From Mobula hypostoma (Eukaryota), in NCBI RefSeq assembly GCF_963921235.1, contig NC_086118.1:19594001-19658000 (forward strand): 64,000 nucleotides of DNA, read 5' to 3'. A program made the translations under genes and the position numbers. Under the pieces are notes generated by a model that had not been told where the DNA came from, did not search any database, and saw nothing but the letters and a program-made list of their open reading frames with translations. Shown here one piece after another: positions 46,636 through 59,380 of this stretch. Within the stretch, counting starts at the first letter, position 1; every line of letters begins with the position of its first letter.

Positions 46636-49610
46636 AAATTTCAAAAATTCCAGGTAAATTTATTATCAAAGTACGTATATGTGACGGTATACATAGAAAC
46701 ATAGAAACATAGAAAATAGGTGCAGGAGTAGGCCATTCGGCCCTTCGAGCCTGCACCACCATTCAGTATGATCATGGCTGATCATCCAACTCAGAACCCT
46801 GTACCAGCCTTCCCTCCATACCCCGTGATCCCTTTAGCCACAAGGGCCATATCTAACTCCCTCTTAAATATAGCCAATGAACTGGCCTCAACTGTTTCCT
46901 GTGGCTGAGAATTCCATAGATTCACCACTCTCTGTGTAAAGAAGCTTTTCCTAATCTCGGTCCTAAAAGGCTTCCCCTTTATCCTCAAACTGTAACCCCT
47001 CGTTCTGGACTTCCCCAACATCAGGAACAATCATCTAGCCTGTCCAATCCCTTTAGGACTTTATACATTTCAATAAGATCCCCCCTCAATCTTCTAAATT
47101 CCAGAGAGTATAAGCCTAGTCGATCCAGCCTTTCATCATATGAAAGTCATGCCATCCCAGGAATCAATCTGGTGAACCTTCTTTGTACTCCCTCTATGGC
47201 AAGAATGTCTTTCCTCAGATTAGGGGACCAAAACTGCACACAATACTACAGGTGTGGTCTCTCCAAGGCCTTGTACAACTGCAGTAGTACCTCCCTGCTC
47301 CTGTACTCGAATCGTCTTGCTATGACTGCCAGCATAGCATTCACCTTTTTCACCGCCTGCTGTACCTGCATGCCCACTTTCAATGACTGGTGTATAATGA
47401 CACCCAGGTCTCGTTGCACCTCCCCTTTTCCTAATCAGCCACCATTCAGATAATAATCTGTTTTCCTATTTTTGCCACCAAAGTGGATAACTTCACATTT
47501 ATCCACATTAAATTGCATCTGCCATGAATTTGCCCACTCACCCAACCTATCCAAGTCACTCTGCATCCTCTTAGCATCCTCCTCACAGCTAACACTGCCG
47601 CCCAGCTTCGTGTCATCCGCAAACTGGGAGATGCTGCATTTAATTCCCTCATCTAAGTCATTAATATATATTGTAAACAACTGGGGTCCCAGCACTGAGC
47701 CTTGCGGTACCCCAGTAGTCACTGCCTGCCATTCTGAAAAGATCCCGTTTATTCCCACTCTTTGCTTCCTGTCTGCCAACCAATTCTCTATCCACATTAA
47801 TACCTTACCCCCAGTACCGTGTGCTTTAAGTTTGCACATTAATCTCCTGTGTGGGACCTTGTCAAAAGCCTTTTGAAAATCCAAATATACCACACCCACT
47901 GATTCTCCCCTATCCACTCTACTAGTTACATCCTCAAAAAATTCTGTGAGATTCGTCAGACACGATTTTTCTTTCACAAATCCATGCTGACTTTGTCTGA
48001 TGATTTCACTGATTTCCAAAAGTGCTGTTATCACATCTTTGATAACTGACTCTAGCATTTTCCCCACCACCGATATTAAGCTAACTGGTCTATAATTCCC
48101 CGGTTTCTCTCTCCCTCCTTTTTTAAAAAGCGGGGTTACATTAGCCACCCTCCAATCCTCAGGAACTAATCCAGAATCTAAAGAGTTTTGTAAAATTATC
48201 ACTAATACATCCACTATTTCTTGGGCTACTTCTTTAAGCACTCTGGGATGCAGACCATCTGGCCATGGAGATTTATCTGCCTTTAATCCCTTCAATTTAC
48301 CTAACACCACTTCCCTACTAACATGTATTTCCCTCAGTTCCTCCATCTCAATAGACCCTCTGTCCCCTACTATTTCCAGAAGATTATTTAAGTCCTACAT
48401 AGTGAAGACAGAACCAAAGTAGTTATTCAATTGGTCTGCCATGTCCTTGTTCCCTATAATCAATTCACTTGTTACTGTCTGTAGGGGACCTACATTTGTC
48501 TTAACCAATCTTTTTCTTTTCACATATCTATAAAAGCTTTTACAGTCAGTTTTTATGTTCCCTGCCAGTTCTCTCTCATAATCTTTTTTCCCTTTCCTAA
48601 TTAAGCCCTTTGTCCTCCTCTGCTGGACTCTGAATTTCTCCCAGTCCTCAGGTGAGCCGCTTTTTCTGGCTAATTTGTATGCTTCTTCTTTGGAATTGAT
48701 ACTATCCCTAATTTCCCTTGTCAGCCACGGGTGCACTACCTTCCCTGATTTATTCTTTTGCCAAACTGGGATGAACAATTGTAGTTCATCCATGCGATTT
48801 TTAAATGCTTGCCATTGCATATCCACCGTCAACCCTTTAAGTGTCATTTGCCAGTCTATCTTAGCTAATTCACGTCTCATACCTTCAAAGTTAACCTTCT
48901 TGAAGTTCAGAACCTTTGGTTCTGAATTAATTATGTCACTCTCCATCTTAATGAAGAATTCCACCATATTATGATGGAGAGTGACATAGTTATACAACCC
49001 AGAGACTCATTTTCTTGTGGGAATATACTGTTAAATCCAAAAAAACACAATAGAATCAATGAAAGAGCACACCAACAACATGGACAAACTGTAGAAACAC
49101 AAAAGAGAAGAAAATATAACAATAAATAAATAAGCAACAAATATCGAGAACGAGAGGTGAAGAATCCTTGAAATTGAGTCCGTAGGTTGTGGGAACAGTT
49201 CAGTGATGGGGCGAGTGAAGCTATCCCCTCTGGTTCAAGAGCCTGTTGGCTGAGGGAAAATGACCTTTCCTGAACCTGGTGATGTGGGTCCTGAGGCTCC
49301 AATACCTTCTTCCTGGTGGCAGCAGCGAGGAGCAAGCATAGCCTTAGAGGTGGGATCCTTGATGATGCCTGTTACTTTCCTACAACTTTGCTCCATGTAG
49401 ATGTGCTCAGTGGTGCAGAGGGCTTTACCTTTTATGAATTGGGCCATATCCACTACTTTCTGTAGGCTTTTCCATTCAAAGGAATTGTTATTTCCATTCC
49501 AGGTCATAACGCAACCAGTCAATGTACTCTCCACCACACATCTATTGAAGTTTGTCAAAGATTTACAGTAGATGTCATGCCAAATCTTTGCGAACTTCTA
49601 AGGAAGTACA
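46636..49610 (-). mobile_element. Rex1/Babar 3' fragment split by a young CR1
   Basis: ORF 49235-49558: NFNRCVVESTLTGC..LQKVV. The 3' UTR is interrupted at TATACA (46688-46693 and 48991-48996). Confidence 0.8.
46694..48990 (-). mobile_element. Young 5'-truncated CR1, same subfamily as 28328-30484
   Basis: ORFs 48395-48997, 47435-48346 and 46791-47030 match the 718-aa ORF nearly residue for residue where they overlap it. (TTTCTATG)n tail and TATACA TSD. Confidence 0.95.
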
Positions 49611-50007
49611 TGTTTGGTCAGAATTCACTTGGAGTATTGTGCACAGCTTTCAGTCCTTTATCTAAGAAAAGATATACTAACATTGGAGAGAGTCCAGAAG
49701 ATGTTCACGAAAATGATTCCAGGAATAAAAGGTTAAAATGTGAGGAGCATTTGATGCCTCTGGGCCTGTACTCACTGTAGTTTAGAAGAATGAGGGGGAC
49801 CTCATTGAAAACTATGAAATGTTGGAAGGCCAAGATAAAGTAGATGTGGAGAGGATGCCTGTTATCGTGGGTGAGCCTTGAAGCAGAGTGCACAACTTCA
49901 GAATAGAGGGACATCCATTTAGAACATAGATGAAGAGGCATTTCTTGAGCTAGAGGGTGGTGAGTCTCTGGAATTCTTTGTCGCAGATGGCTGTGGAAGC
50001 CAAGTCA

Positions 50008-50941
50008 ATAGACAATAGACAATAGGTGCAGGAGTAGGCCATTCGGCCCTTCAAGCCAGCACTGCCATTCACTGTGATCATGGCTGATCATCCAAAATTA
50101 GTACCCTGTTCCTGCCTTCTCACCATATCCCTTCACTCCGCTATCTTTAAGAGCTCTATCTAACTCTTTCTTGAAAGAACCCAGAGAATTGGCCTCCACT
50201 GCCTTCTGAGGCAGGGCATTCCACAGATCCACAACCCTCTGTGTGAAAAAGTTTTTCCTCAACTCCATTCTAAATGGTCTACCCCTTATTCTTAAACTGT
50301 GGCCTCTGGTTCTGGACTCCCCCAACATCGGGAACATGTTTCCTGCCTCTAGTGTGTCCACTCCCTTAAAAATCTTATATGTTTCAATAAGATCCCCTCT
50401 CATCCTTCTAAATTCCAGTGTATACAAGCCCAGTCGCTCCAATCTTTCAACATATGACATTACTGCCATCCCTGGAATTAACCCTGTGAACCTACACTGC
50501 ACTCCCTCCATAGCAAGAATGTCCTTCCTCAAATTTGGAGACCAAAACTGCACACAATACTCCAGGTGGGGTCTCACCAGGGCCTTGTACAACTGCAGAA
50601 GGACCTCTTTGCTCCTATACTCAACTCCCCTTGTTATGAAGGCCAGCATGCCATTAGCTTTCTTCACTGCTTGCTGTACCTGTATGCTTACTTTTAGTGA
50701 CTGATGAACAAGGACACCCAGATCTCGTTGTACTTCCCCTTTTCCTAACTTGATACCATCCGTGATCTGCCTTCCTGTTCTTGCCACCAAAGTGGATAAC
50801 CTCACATTTATCGACATTAAACTGCATCTGCCATGCATCTGCCCACTCACCCAACCTGTCCAAGTCACCCTGCTTTCTCATAACATCCTCCTCACATTTC
50901 ACACTGTCACCCAGCTTCGTGTCATCTGCAAATTTGCTAAT
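50008..50941 (-). mobile_element. 5'-truncated CR1
   Basis: ORF 50098-50868: EVQRDLGV, YKALVRPHLEYC, FFTQRVVDLWN. (CTATTGT)n tail. Confidence 0.92.
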
Positions 50942-51702
50942 GTAATTGAGTATATTTAAAGTGGAGGTTGATAGGTTCTTGATTAGTCAGGGAGTTAAAG
51001 GTTACAGGAGATGGCAGGAGAGTAGGGTTGAGAGGGATAATAAATGAGCCATGGTGGAGCAGACTTAATGGGATGAATGGCCTATTTCTGTTCCTAGGAC
51101 ATTCAATTACAGTTTGAATATAATACTATCTTCTGGTCTAATGGATACTCTTCCAAAAAATAAACAATTCGAGTCAGACTGAACCACTATCAAAGCAAAG
51201 AAAAATTGTATCATGATCATCAAATTGGAATAGCACAACTGCATTGCAATTTATAAGTTGTCTGAACTGCAACATACTGTTTAAACTTGGAGCTTGTGAC
51301 ATTTTCATGGTAGATCTATTCTTCATGTACATGTCAATGTCATCAGTAATGATATAGAGTTTGTAAATCTGGAATCATGTTTTCTTATTAAGCATGTACA
51401 AATCAATAGCTTTCTCCTGTATTCTAGACATGTTTAAAATATTGGCAAGGACGGTCCAAGCAAATAAATATTATTGATATGTTGGGACACCTGGATCAAC
51501 TCTTCATTATCTGAAGTATGGCTGCTGGCGGCAGTGATGTGTTCATTATTGGGTAACATTTTATTTTCCTTTAGTGTTCTACTGTGATTACTGAAGTTAA
51601 GCATCCTCAGGACATTTTGTTTTATTAATGATAATGTTCATTGTAGGTTATTGCTGTTGAATTTCTGGCTTTACACCCTAAAGCGGAGTAAATACAGATC
51701 AA

Positions 51703-51908
51703 ACAACAGGAATTCTGCAGATGCTGGAAATTCAAGCAACACACATAAAAGTTGCTGGTGAACGCAGCAGAGGAAGAGGTGCAGTCGACATTTCAGGCCG
51801 AGACCCTTCGTCCTGATGAAGGGTCTCGGCCTGAAACGTCGACTGCACCTCTTCCTAAAGATGCTGCCTGGCCTGCTGCATTCACCAGCAACTTTTATGT
51901 GTGTTGCT
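51703..51908. mobile_element. Palindromic Penelope-derived mini-element
   Basis: Two inverted copies of the Penelope terminus meet at about 51812. TSD TAAATACAGATCAA at 51689-51702 and 51909-51922. Confidence 0.9.
51810..51843 (+). ncRNA. Minimal type I hammerhead ribozyme motif (intact core)
   Basis: GTC-CTGATGA-AGGgtctcggCCT-GAAAC-GTC-GAC: stem I GTC/GAC, core CUGAUGA and GAAA, stem II AGG/CCT, palindromic ACGU in place of stem III, and a GUC cleavage triplet. Confidence 0.75.
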
Positions 51909-54704
51909 TAAATACAGATCAATATCTTTTTTTATGTGTATGTTATATGGACATGCAACTAGCTTTAATTTCTTATCCACCAATGGTCCATTTAAAAATT
52001 CTTATTCTTTATTTTCACATCCATCCTTACCTCTTCAAGCCTTGAAATTCTCTTGGGATCTCTGTGCTGCACCAGTTCACATCTCCTTTGTTTTCCCAAG
52101 TTTTGTGGTTTCACCAACAAGAACCATTCCTTCAGTTGTCCTTGGCCCAGGATCTGTAATTCCCTCTATTGCCTCACATTTAGTCACTCAAGCTAAAATT
52201 TTCTGAGATAATTTGATCTTACAGGTTGTTTTATTATGCTCTTAAAAAGCAGCTAGTTGCATTTTACTATATTCAAAACCACTAAATAAATGCAAGCTGT
52301 TGTTTTATCTCTGTTCTTTGAATTAAGTTAAAACCTCCTCATTGTGTCAAAGTTTGATTGATTCCTCTTTACATATTCTATATTGGTTCCAGAATCAAGG
52401 GAATTGTATTTAATAAGATTATTAATATGCAGTTCAGCCAGAAATGTAAATCCTTCACACATAGACTGATTGAATCTGATTATATTACACAATTGATACG
52501 GAGGTATGTTTATCATTGGCACATTGCCCCACACTAAATATTAAGAGATTTCAGATGAAAATACATTACACATAGTATTCATTCCTCTGTATTAGAAGGT
52601 TATAGAAATTGCCTGTGTAATAAAATGTTGTAAAGTTTTGTGTTCTGGTAAGAAGTCAAGAGCTGAGGTAGTGTTGCATTCAGACACGTGCAGTTATTTG
52701 GATGAGATGCCATTTACCCATTCAAGTGGATGGAAAAGATCACATGGTATTTTTCAAATATTATGGAATAATTTCCCTATATTTTAATCAGTATTTATTA
52801 TTCATCCAAAACCTCCATTAAATAGTCCTATGCATCTTTAGTTTAATAATTTATTAGACGCAGGCCAGGATTTATTATTCTCCACTAATTGTCTTTGAGC
52901 TAGCAGTTGCAAATCAACAATTGAACTATTGCAATGCTTTGATGTATATCCTCTCACTGTGTCGCTAAGCAAAGAGAAATCCAGAATTTAGATGCAGTAA
53001 TAATGAAAGTACAACAACATATTTGCAAATCAAGACAGCATGCCAGTTGGAGAGGAACGTGCAAGTGGTTGTGTTCCTTTGTGTCTGTTCCTTTGTCCTC
53101 CTCACAGGTTTGGGAGGTGTAATTAGTGGAACCACTGTGGTGCATCTTGACGATGGTAAACACTGAAACCACTGTGCTGGTGGCAAAGGGAATGGATGTT
53201 TAGGATTGTGGACATAGTGCCAATCTAGCAGGGTATCTTGTCCTTGATTTGTTGAGTTCTTAAATGTTGGACTTGCTTTCATCCATGTAATAGAGAATAT
53301 TCTATCACATTCCCGACTTGCTTCCCCCACCAATACACTCTCTCGCCACTGTCAACATGATTTGATAGGTGATGGGGGTGCTTTATAGTGCAAGGAAATT
53401 AGTCACTCAATGTATCTTCTTTGAACTGCTTATACAATAATACAACAGTATTTATGTGGTTGATCCTGTTGAGATTTTGGCTAATGGTGATCCTTGGGAT
53501 TATATGATGAAGAGATTAGGTGATGGTAATGACAAGAAATGTCAAGAGTAGGTGGTGAAGATAGCTATTGTTTGCCACTTATATACACAAATTTTACTCA
53601 CTTCTTATCGGCTCAACTAAAAAATTCTGGAAAAAAGTCTCAGCAGGTCAGGCATTATCTGTGGAAAAGGAAGCAGCTAATCTTACAAGTTGAAGGCTCT
53701 TCATCAGACTGTTGAATATTTTCACTTATCAGCTTGCAGCTGAATGTTAGCTCAGTCTTGTTGTGTGCATGCTTGTACTGTTTTTTATTTCTGAATAAAT
53801 AATAACAGGGTTGAACACTGAAGAATGAAAAGAGGACTTCACCATTTAGGATCTTATGATGGAAAGAAGTGCTTGAAGATGGTTGGACCTGGATACTGCC
53901 CTGGAAAACTCTTTACTCAACCATCTTCCTTTGTGCAAGACCATAACTATTGCATGTCCCCTTGGTGGCTATTGACTTCAGCTGCACCAGAGTTTCACAA
54001 AAAACGTTGGCCAGAAAGAACTATGGTCTACAAATCAGTGAATTTGAATGAATCAAGGACAGGTGAAATAGACAGATCAATTGCCTTTATTCTTGTTATG
54101 AGTTCAAAGAAATGGTAGCTACCATTTTGTGAAGCTGCTCTGTATCCTCCATTTTGTGAACTACTTTTGCTTGGCTGAATTAGTATTTTAATGTATAGGG
54201 ATTGATGCTCCAGGAAATCTGCTGGACCAGAGATTATTTACAAATGAGAAGTTATTTGTGAGGTGTTCTTTGGTATAATATAACATACAAGTTTGTGAAT
54301 GGTATGGTCTGTGCCTGCCCTGTGTGATTCAAGTAGGTTACTGGTTTGGTAATTGATTTAGAACAAAGATCCATAAATTACTAATTATTACTTGTGGAGA
54401 GTCCAATAAATGGATGCTGGCTTGGACCAGAGCCAATCAGAAGGTGACATAGGTCAGTCAGATGACCCACAGCTGAGACTGAAATGTAACATTTAAACTA
54501 GTAAGGCAAGAAAATAAAAGCAGAGGCTTTGAATACAAAGCAGCAACAACTCTCCAGAGACCAACCATCGCCATGTGGAGATTAGATAGAGACCACGAGG
54601 AACACTTAGCCATCATAGACTCCTTCCCTGAGTATACATTTTATATTCTTTGACTGTTCATGGAGGTTCAGGGAACCGTAGTTGGTGTGCACACAGGCAT
54701 TTTA

Positions 54705-56815
54705 GAATCAGAATCAGATTCAATGTCACTGCCAATTGTCATGAAATTTGTTAACTTTATGACAGCAGTACAATGAAATACATTATAAAATAATATAGAG
54801 AAAAAAACTGAGTTACATTTCATATATACTGTATATATATCTATTAATAGTTAAGTTAAAATAAGCAGTGTAAAACAACAGAAATAAAAAATAGTGAGGT
54901 AGTGTTCATGGGTTCAATGTCCATTTAGAAATCAGATGGCAGAGGGGAAGGAGCTGTTCCTGAATCACTGAATGTGTGCCTTCAGGCTTCTGTACCTCCT
55001 TCCCAACAGTAACAGTGTGATAGAGGCATGCCCTGGGCAGTGGGGATCCTTAATGTTGGATGTTACGTTCCAGTCCTAAGGCTCGATTCGTTGAAGATGG
55101 CTTGGACGCTACGGAGGCCGGTACTCGTGATGGAGCTGACCACTCCTACAAATTTCTGACAATTATTTCGATCTTGTGCAGTAGCCTCCACTCCGACCCC
55201 CTGTACAGATGGTGATGCAGCCAGTCAGAAAGCTCACCACAGTACATTTGTAAAAGATTTTGAGTGTTTTAGTTGACAAACCAAATCTTCTTAACATTGA
55301 GTGCAAGGTTGTTGCTGTGACAGCATTCAACGAGCTAATATATCTCACCCTTGTATGCCTTTTCGGCTCCATCTGAAATTCTTGCAGCAATGGTTGTATC
55401 ATCATCAAATTTAAAGATGGAACTTGAGTTATGCCCAGCCACACAGTCATGGTAGAGAGTGAGTAGAGCAGTGAGCTACGCACACATCCGTGCGGAGTGC
55501 CAGTGTTAATTGTCAGCAAGGTAGAGATGTTATTTCCAACCACACAGATCGTGGTCTTCGAGGATGCAGTTGCAGAGGGAAGTACAGAGGCCTAGGTTCT
55601 GCAGCTTTTCGATCAGGACTGTAGGAATGATGGTGTTAAATGCTGAGCTATAATCAATAAACAGCATCCTGTCAGTTATTGCAATGTCCTTGTGATCCAA
55701 GGCTGCGTGGAGAGTCATTGAGGTAGTGTTTGCTGTAGACCAATTGGGGCAATAGGGAAATTGCAGTGGGTCCAGAACCTTCCTGAGACACGTGTTGATT
55801 CTAGCTATGACCAACCTCCCAAAGCATTTCATTACCGTAGATGTGAGTGCAACTGGACAGTAGTCATTAAGGCAGCTCACACTACTCTTCTTGGGCACTG
55901 GTATAATTGTTGCCCTTTTGGAGCAGGTGGGAACTTCCTACTGTAGCAGTGAGAGAACACTCCGCCAGTTGGTTGGCACAAGTTTTCAGAACCTTGCTAG
56001 GTACTCCATCGGACCCTGCTGCCTTGCAATGGTTTATCATCTTGAAAGACAGCTTGACGTCAGCCTCCAAGACAGAGATCACAGGGTCATCGGATGCTGT
56101 GGGGATCCTCATATCAGTGGTTTTATTCTCCCTTTCAAATCCGCTATAAATGGCATTGAGCTCATCTGGTAGTGAAGCATCACTGCAATTCATGATGCTG
56201 GGTCATGATGTCACCTCTAATCTCTCCCAAAATTGTTTCTTGGCTCTTGAAATAGCCTTCCACAAGTCATACCTGCTTTTCTTATACAGTCCTGGATCAC
56301 CAGACTTAAATGCTGCAGATCTAACCCTCAGCAGACTTCCTAGTTCATCCATGGCTTTTGGTTTGGGAATGTACAGTAAGTTTTCGTAGGCACACATTCA
56401 TCCACACAGGTTGGTGACAACTCTGGAATACTCATCCAGGTTCAAAGATGACTACCTGCAGACAGTCCAATCCACCAATTAAAAGCAGTTCTATAAGTGC
56501 TCCTGTGCCTCCCTGGTCCATATCTTCTTGGTCCTCACTACTGGTGCAGCAGTCTTTAGGTTCTGCCATTACTCAGGGCATAGAGGTACAGCCAGGTGAT
56601 CAGAGTGGGTGAGGGATAGCACGGTAAATGCTTTTAGTGGTAGCATAACAGTGGTCCAGTGCATTCTTTCCTCTGGTGCTACAAGTAATTTGTTGATAAT
56701 AATTATTTCGTGACTTTATCAAGCTGGCCTGGTTAAAATCCCCCAAAATGATGGGGAAGGCATCAGGATGTGCTGTTTCATGCATGTTGATTACATCGCT
56801 CAGTTTGGCATTAGC
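54705..56815 (-). mobile_element. Long degenerate Rex1/Babar LINE (EN C-terminus to 3' tail)
   Basis: [64 protein letters not shown]. (TTCTGA)n tail. Confidence 0.92.
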
Positions 56816-56956
56816 TTAAAGTGGAATGTACACCACTGTCAAAACAATGGTTGAAATCTCCTGCATATATAAACAGGCTGGCACTTATTTGCGAGGTATC
56901 ACTCACAACACGCTGGAGGAACTCAGCATGTCAGGCAGCATCCGTGGAAAGGATCG

Positions 56957-56990
56957 GTCGACGTTTCGGGCCGGAAGCCTTCGTCAGGAC
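56957..56990 (-). ncRNA. Minimal type I hammerhead ribozyme motif
   Basis: Minus strand GTC-CTGACGA-AGGCTTCCGGCCC-GAAAC-GTC-GAC. Core nucleotides are intact; stem II is imperfect. Confidence 0.7.
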
Positions 56991-57267
56991 TGTGGAGGGA
57001 AGGGGCAGAAGCCTTATAAAGAAGGTGGGGGGAGGGTGGGAAGGAGAAGTCTGGTAGGTTCCAGGTGAAAAATCAGTAAGGGGAAAGATAAAGGGGTGGG
57101 GGGAAGGGAGGCAGGGAGAAGATAGGCAGGAAAGGTGAAGAAAGAATAGGGGAAAACACAATGGGTAGTAGAAGGAGGCGGAACCATGAGGGAGGTGATA
57201 GATAGCTGGGGGAAGGGGCAGAGTGACATAGGGATAGGGGAAGGGGAGGGTGGAACTACTGGAAGTT

Positions 57268-59380
57268 ATAGAACATAGAACATAGAAAAGAACAGCACAG
57301 TACAGGCCCTTCAGCCCACAATGTTGTGCCGACCCTCAAACCCTGCCTCCCATATAAGCCCCCACTTTAAATTCCTCCATATATCTGTCTGGTAGTCTCT
57401 TAAACTTCACTAGTGTATCTGCCTCCACCACTGACTCAGGCAGTGCATTTCACGCACCAACCACTCTCTGAGTAAAAAAACCTTCCTCTAATATCCCCCT
57501 TGAACTTCCCACCCCTTACCTTAAAGCCACGTCCTCTTGTATTGAGAAGTGGTGCCCTGGGGAAGAGGCACTGGCTATCCACTCTATCTATTCCTCTTAA
57601 TATCTTGTATACCTCTATCATGTCTCCTCTCATCCTCCTTCTCTCCAAAGAGTAAAGCCCTAGCTCCCTTAATCTCTGATCATAATCCATACTCTCTAAA
57701 CCAGGCAGCATCCTGGTAAATCTCCTCTGTACCCTTTCCAATGCTTCCACATCCTTCCTATAGTGAGGCGACCAAAAATGGATGCAGTATTCCAAGTGTG
57801 GCCTAACCAGAGTTTTATAGAGCTGCATCATTACATCGTGACTCTTAAACTCTATCCCTTGACTTATGAAAGCTAACACCGCATAAGCTTTCTTAACTAC
57901 CCTATCGACCTGTGAGGCAACTTTCAGGGATCTGTGGACATGTACCCCCAGATCCCTCTGCTCCTCCACACTACCAAGTATCCTGCCATTTACTTTATAC
58001 TCTGCCTTGGAATTTGTCCTTCCAAAGTGTACCACCTCACACTTTTCCGGGTTGAACTCCATCTGCCACTTCTCAGCCCATGTCTGCATCCTATCAATGT
58101 CTCTCTGCAATCTTTGACAATTCTCTACACTATCTACAACACAACCAACCTTTGTGTCGTCTGCAAACTTGCCAACCCACCCTTCTACCCCAACATCCAG
58201 GTAATAAAAATCACGAAAAGTAGAGGTCCCAGAACAGATCCTTGTGGGACACCACTAGTCACAATCCTCCAATCTGAATGTACTCCCTCCAGCATGACAC
58301 TCTGCTTTCTGCAGGCAAGCCAGTTCTGAATCCACCTGGCCAAACTTCCCTGGATCCCATGCCTTCTGACTTTCTGAATAAGCCTACCGTGTGGAACCTT
58401 GTCAAATGCCTTACCAAAATCCATATAGATCACATCCACTGCACTACCCTCATCTATATGCCTGGTCACCTCCTCAAAGAACTCTATCAGGCTTGTTAGA
58501 CACAATCTGCCCTTCACAAAGCCATGCTGACTGTCCCTGATCAGACCATGATTCTCTAAATGCCCAGAGATCCTACCTCTAAGAATCTTTTCTAACAGCT
58601 TTCCCACCACAGACGTAAGGCTCACTGGTCTATAATTACCCGGACTATCCCTACTATCTTTTTTGAACAAGGGGTCAACATTCGCCTCCCTCCAATCCTT
58701 CGGTACCATTCCTGTGGACAACGAGGACATAAAGATCCTGGCCAGAGGCTCAGCAATCTCTTCCCTCGCCTTGTGGAGCAGCCTGGGGAATATTCCGTCA
58801 GGCCCCGGGGACTTATCCGTCCTAATGTATTTTAACAACTCCAACACCTCCTCTCCCTTAATATCAACATGCTCCAGAACATCAACCTCACTCATATTGT
58901 CCTCACCATCATCAAGTTCCCTCTCATTGGTGAATACTGAAGAGAAGTATTCATTGAGGACCTCGCTCACTTCCACAGCCTCCAGCCACTTCTTCCCACC
59001 TTTATCTCTAATCGGTCCTACCTTCACTCCTGTCATCCTTTTTTTCTTCACATAATTGAAGAGTGCCTTGGGGTTTTCCTTTACGCTACTCGCCAAGGCC
59101 TTCTCATGCCCCCTTCTTGCTCTTCTCAGCCCCTTCTTAAGCTGTGTTCTTGCTTCCCTATATTCCTCAATAGACCCATCTGATCCCTGCTTCCTAAATC
59201 TCATGTATGCTGCCTTCTTCCACCTGCCTAGATTTTCCACCTCACTTGTCACCCATGGTTCCTTCACCCTACCATTCTCTATCTTCCTCACTGGGACAAA
59301 TTTATCCCTAACTTCCTGCAAGAGATCTGTAAACATCGACCACTTGTCCATTGTACATTTCCCTGCAAAAACATCATCCC
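57268..59380 (-). mobile_element. 5'-truncated CR1 (second subfamily) inserted into the Penelope element
   Basis: ORFs 58185-59351 and 57436-58110 carry RT motifs. (TTCTATG)n tail. 5-bp TSD AAGTT at 57263-57267 and 59381-59385. Confidence 0.95.

Larger units (their letters stand above)
45298..51095 (+). mobile_element. Old degenerate CR1 hosting three nested insertions (segments about 45298-46635, 49612-50007, 50942-51095)
   Basis: MREELAKIDW, YEGKLANNIK and DKSPGPD motifs. The sequence resumes collinearly after each insertion (LKLYK / LVR..LEYC; GCCAAGTC / ATTGAGTATATTTAAAG). Confidence 0.8.

Noticed and set aside
52950..53900. Very old LINE-like remnant on the minus strand
   Set aside because: Too degenerate to assign a family or boundaries by eye.
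53950..54695. Possible old solo LTR (CCATTTTGTGAA repeat, CCAATCAG box, AATAAA)
   Set aside because: I could not define termini or a TSD.
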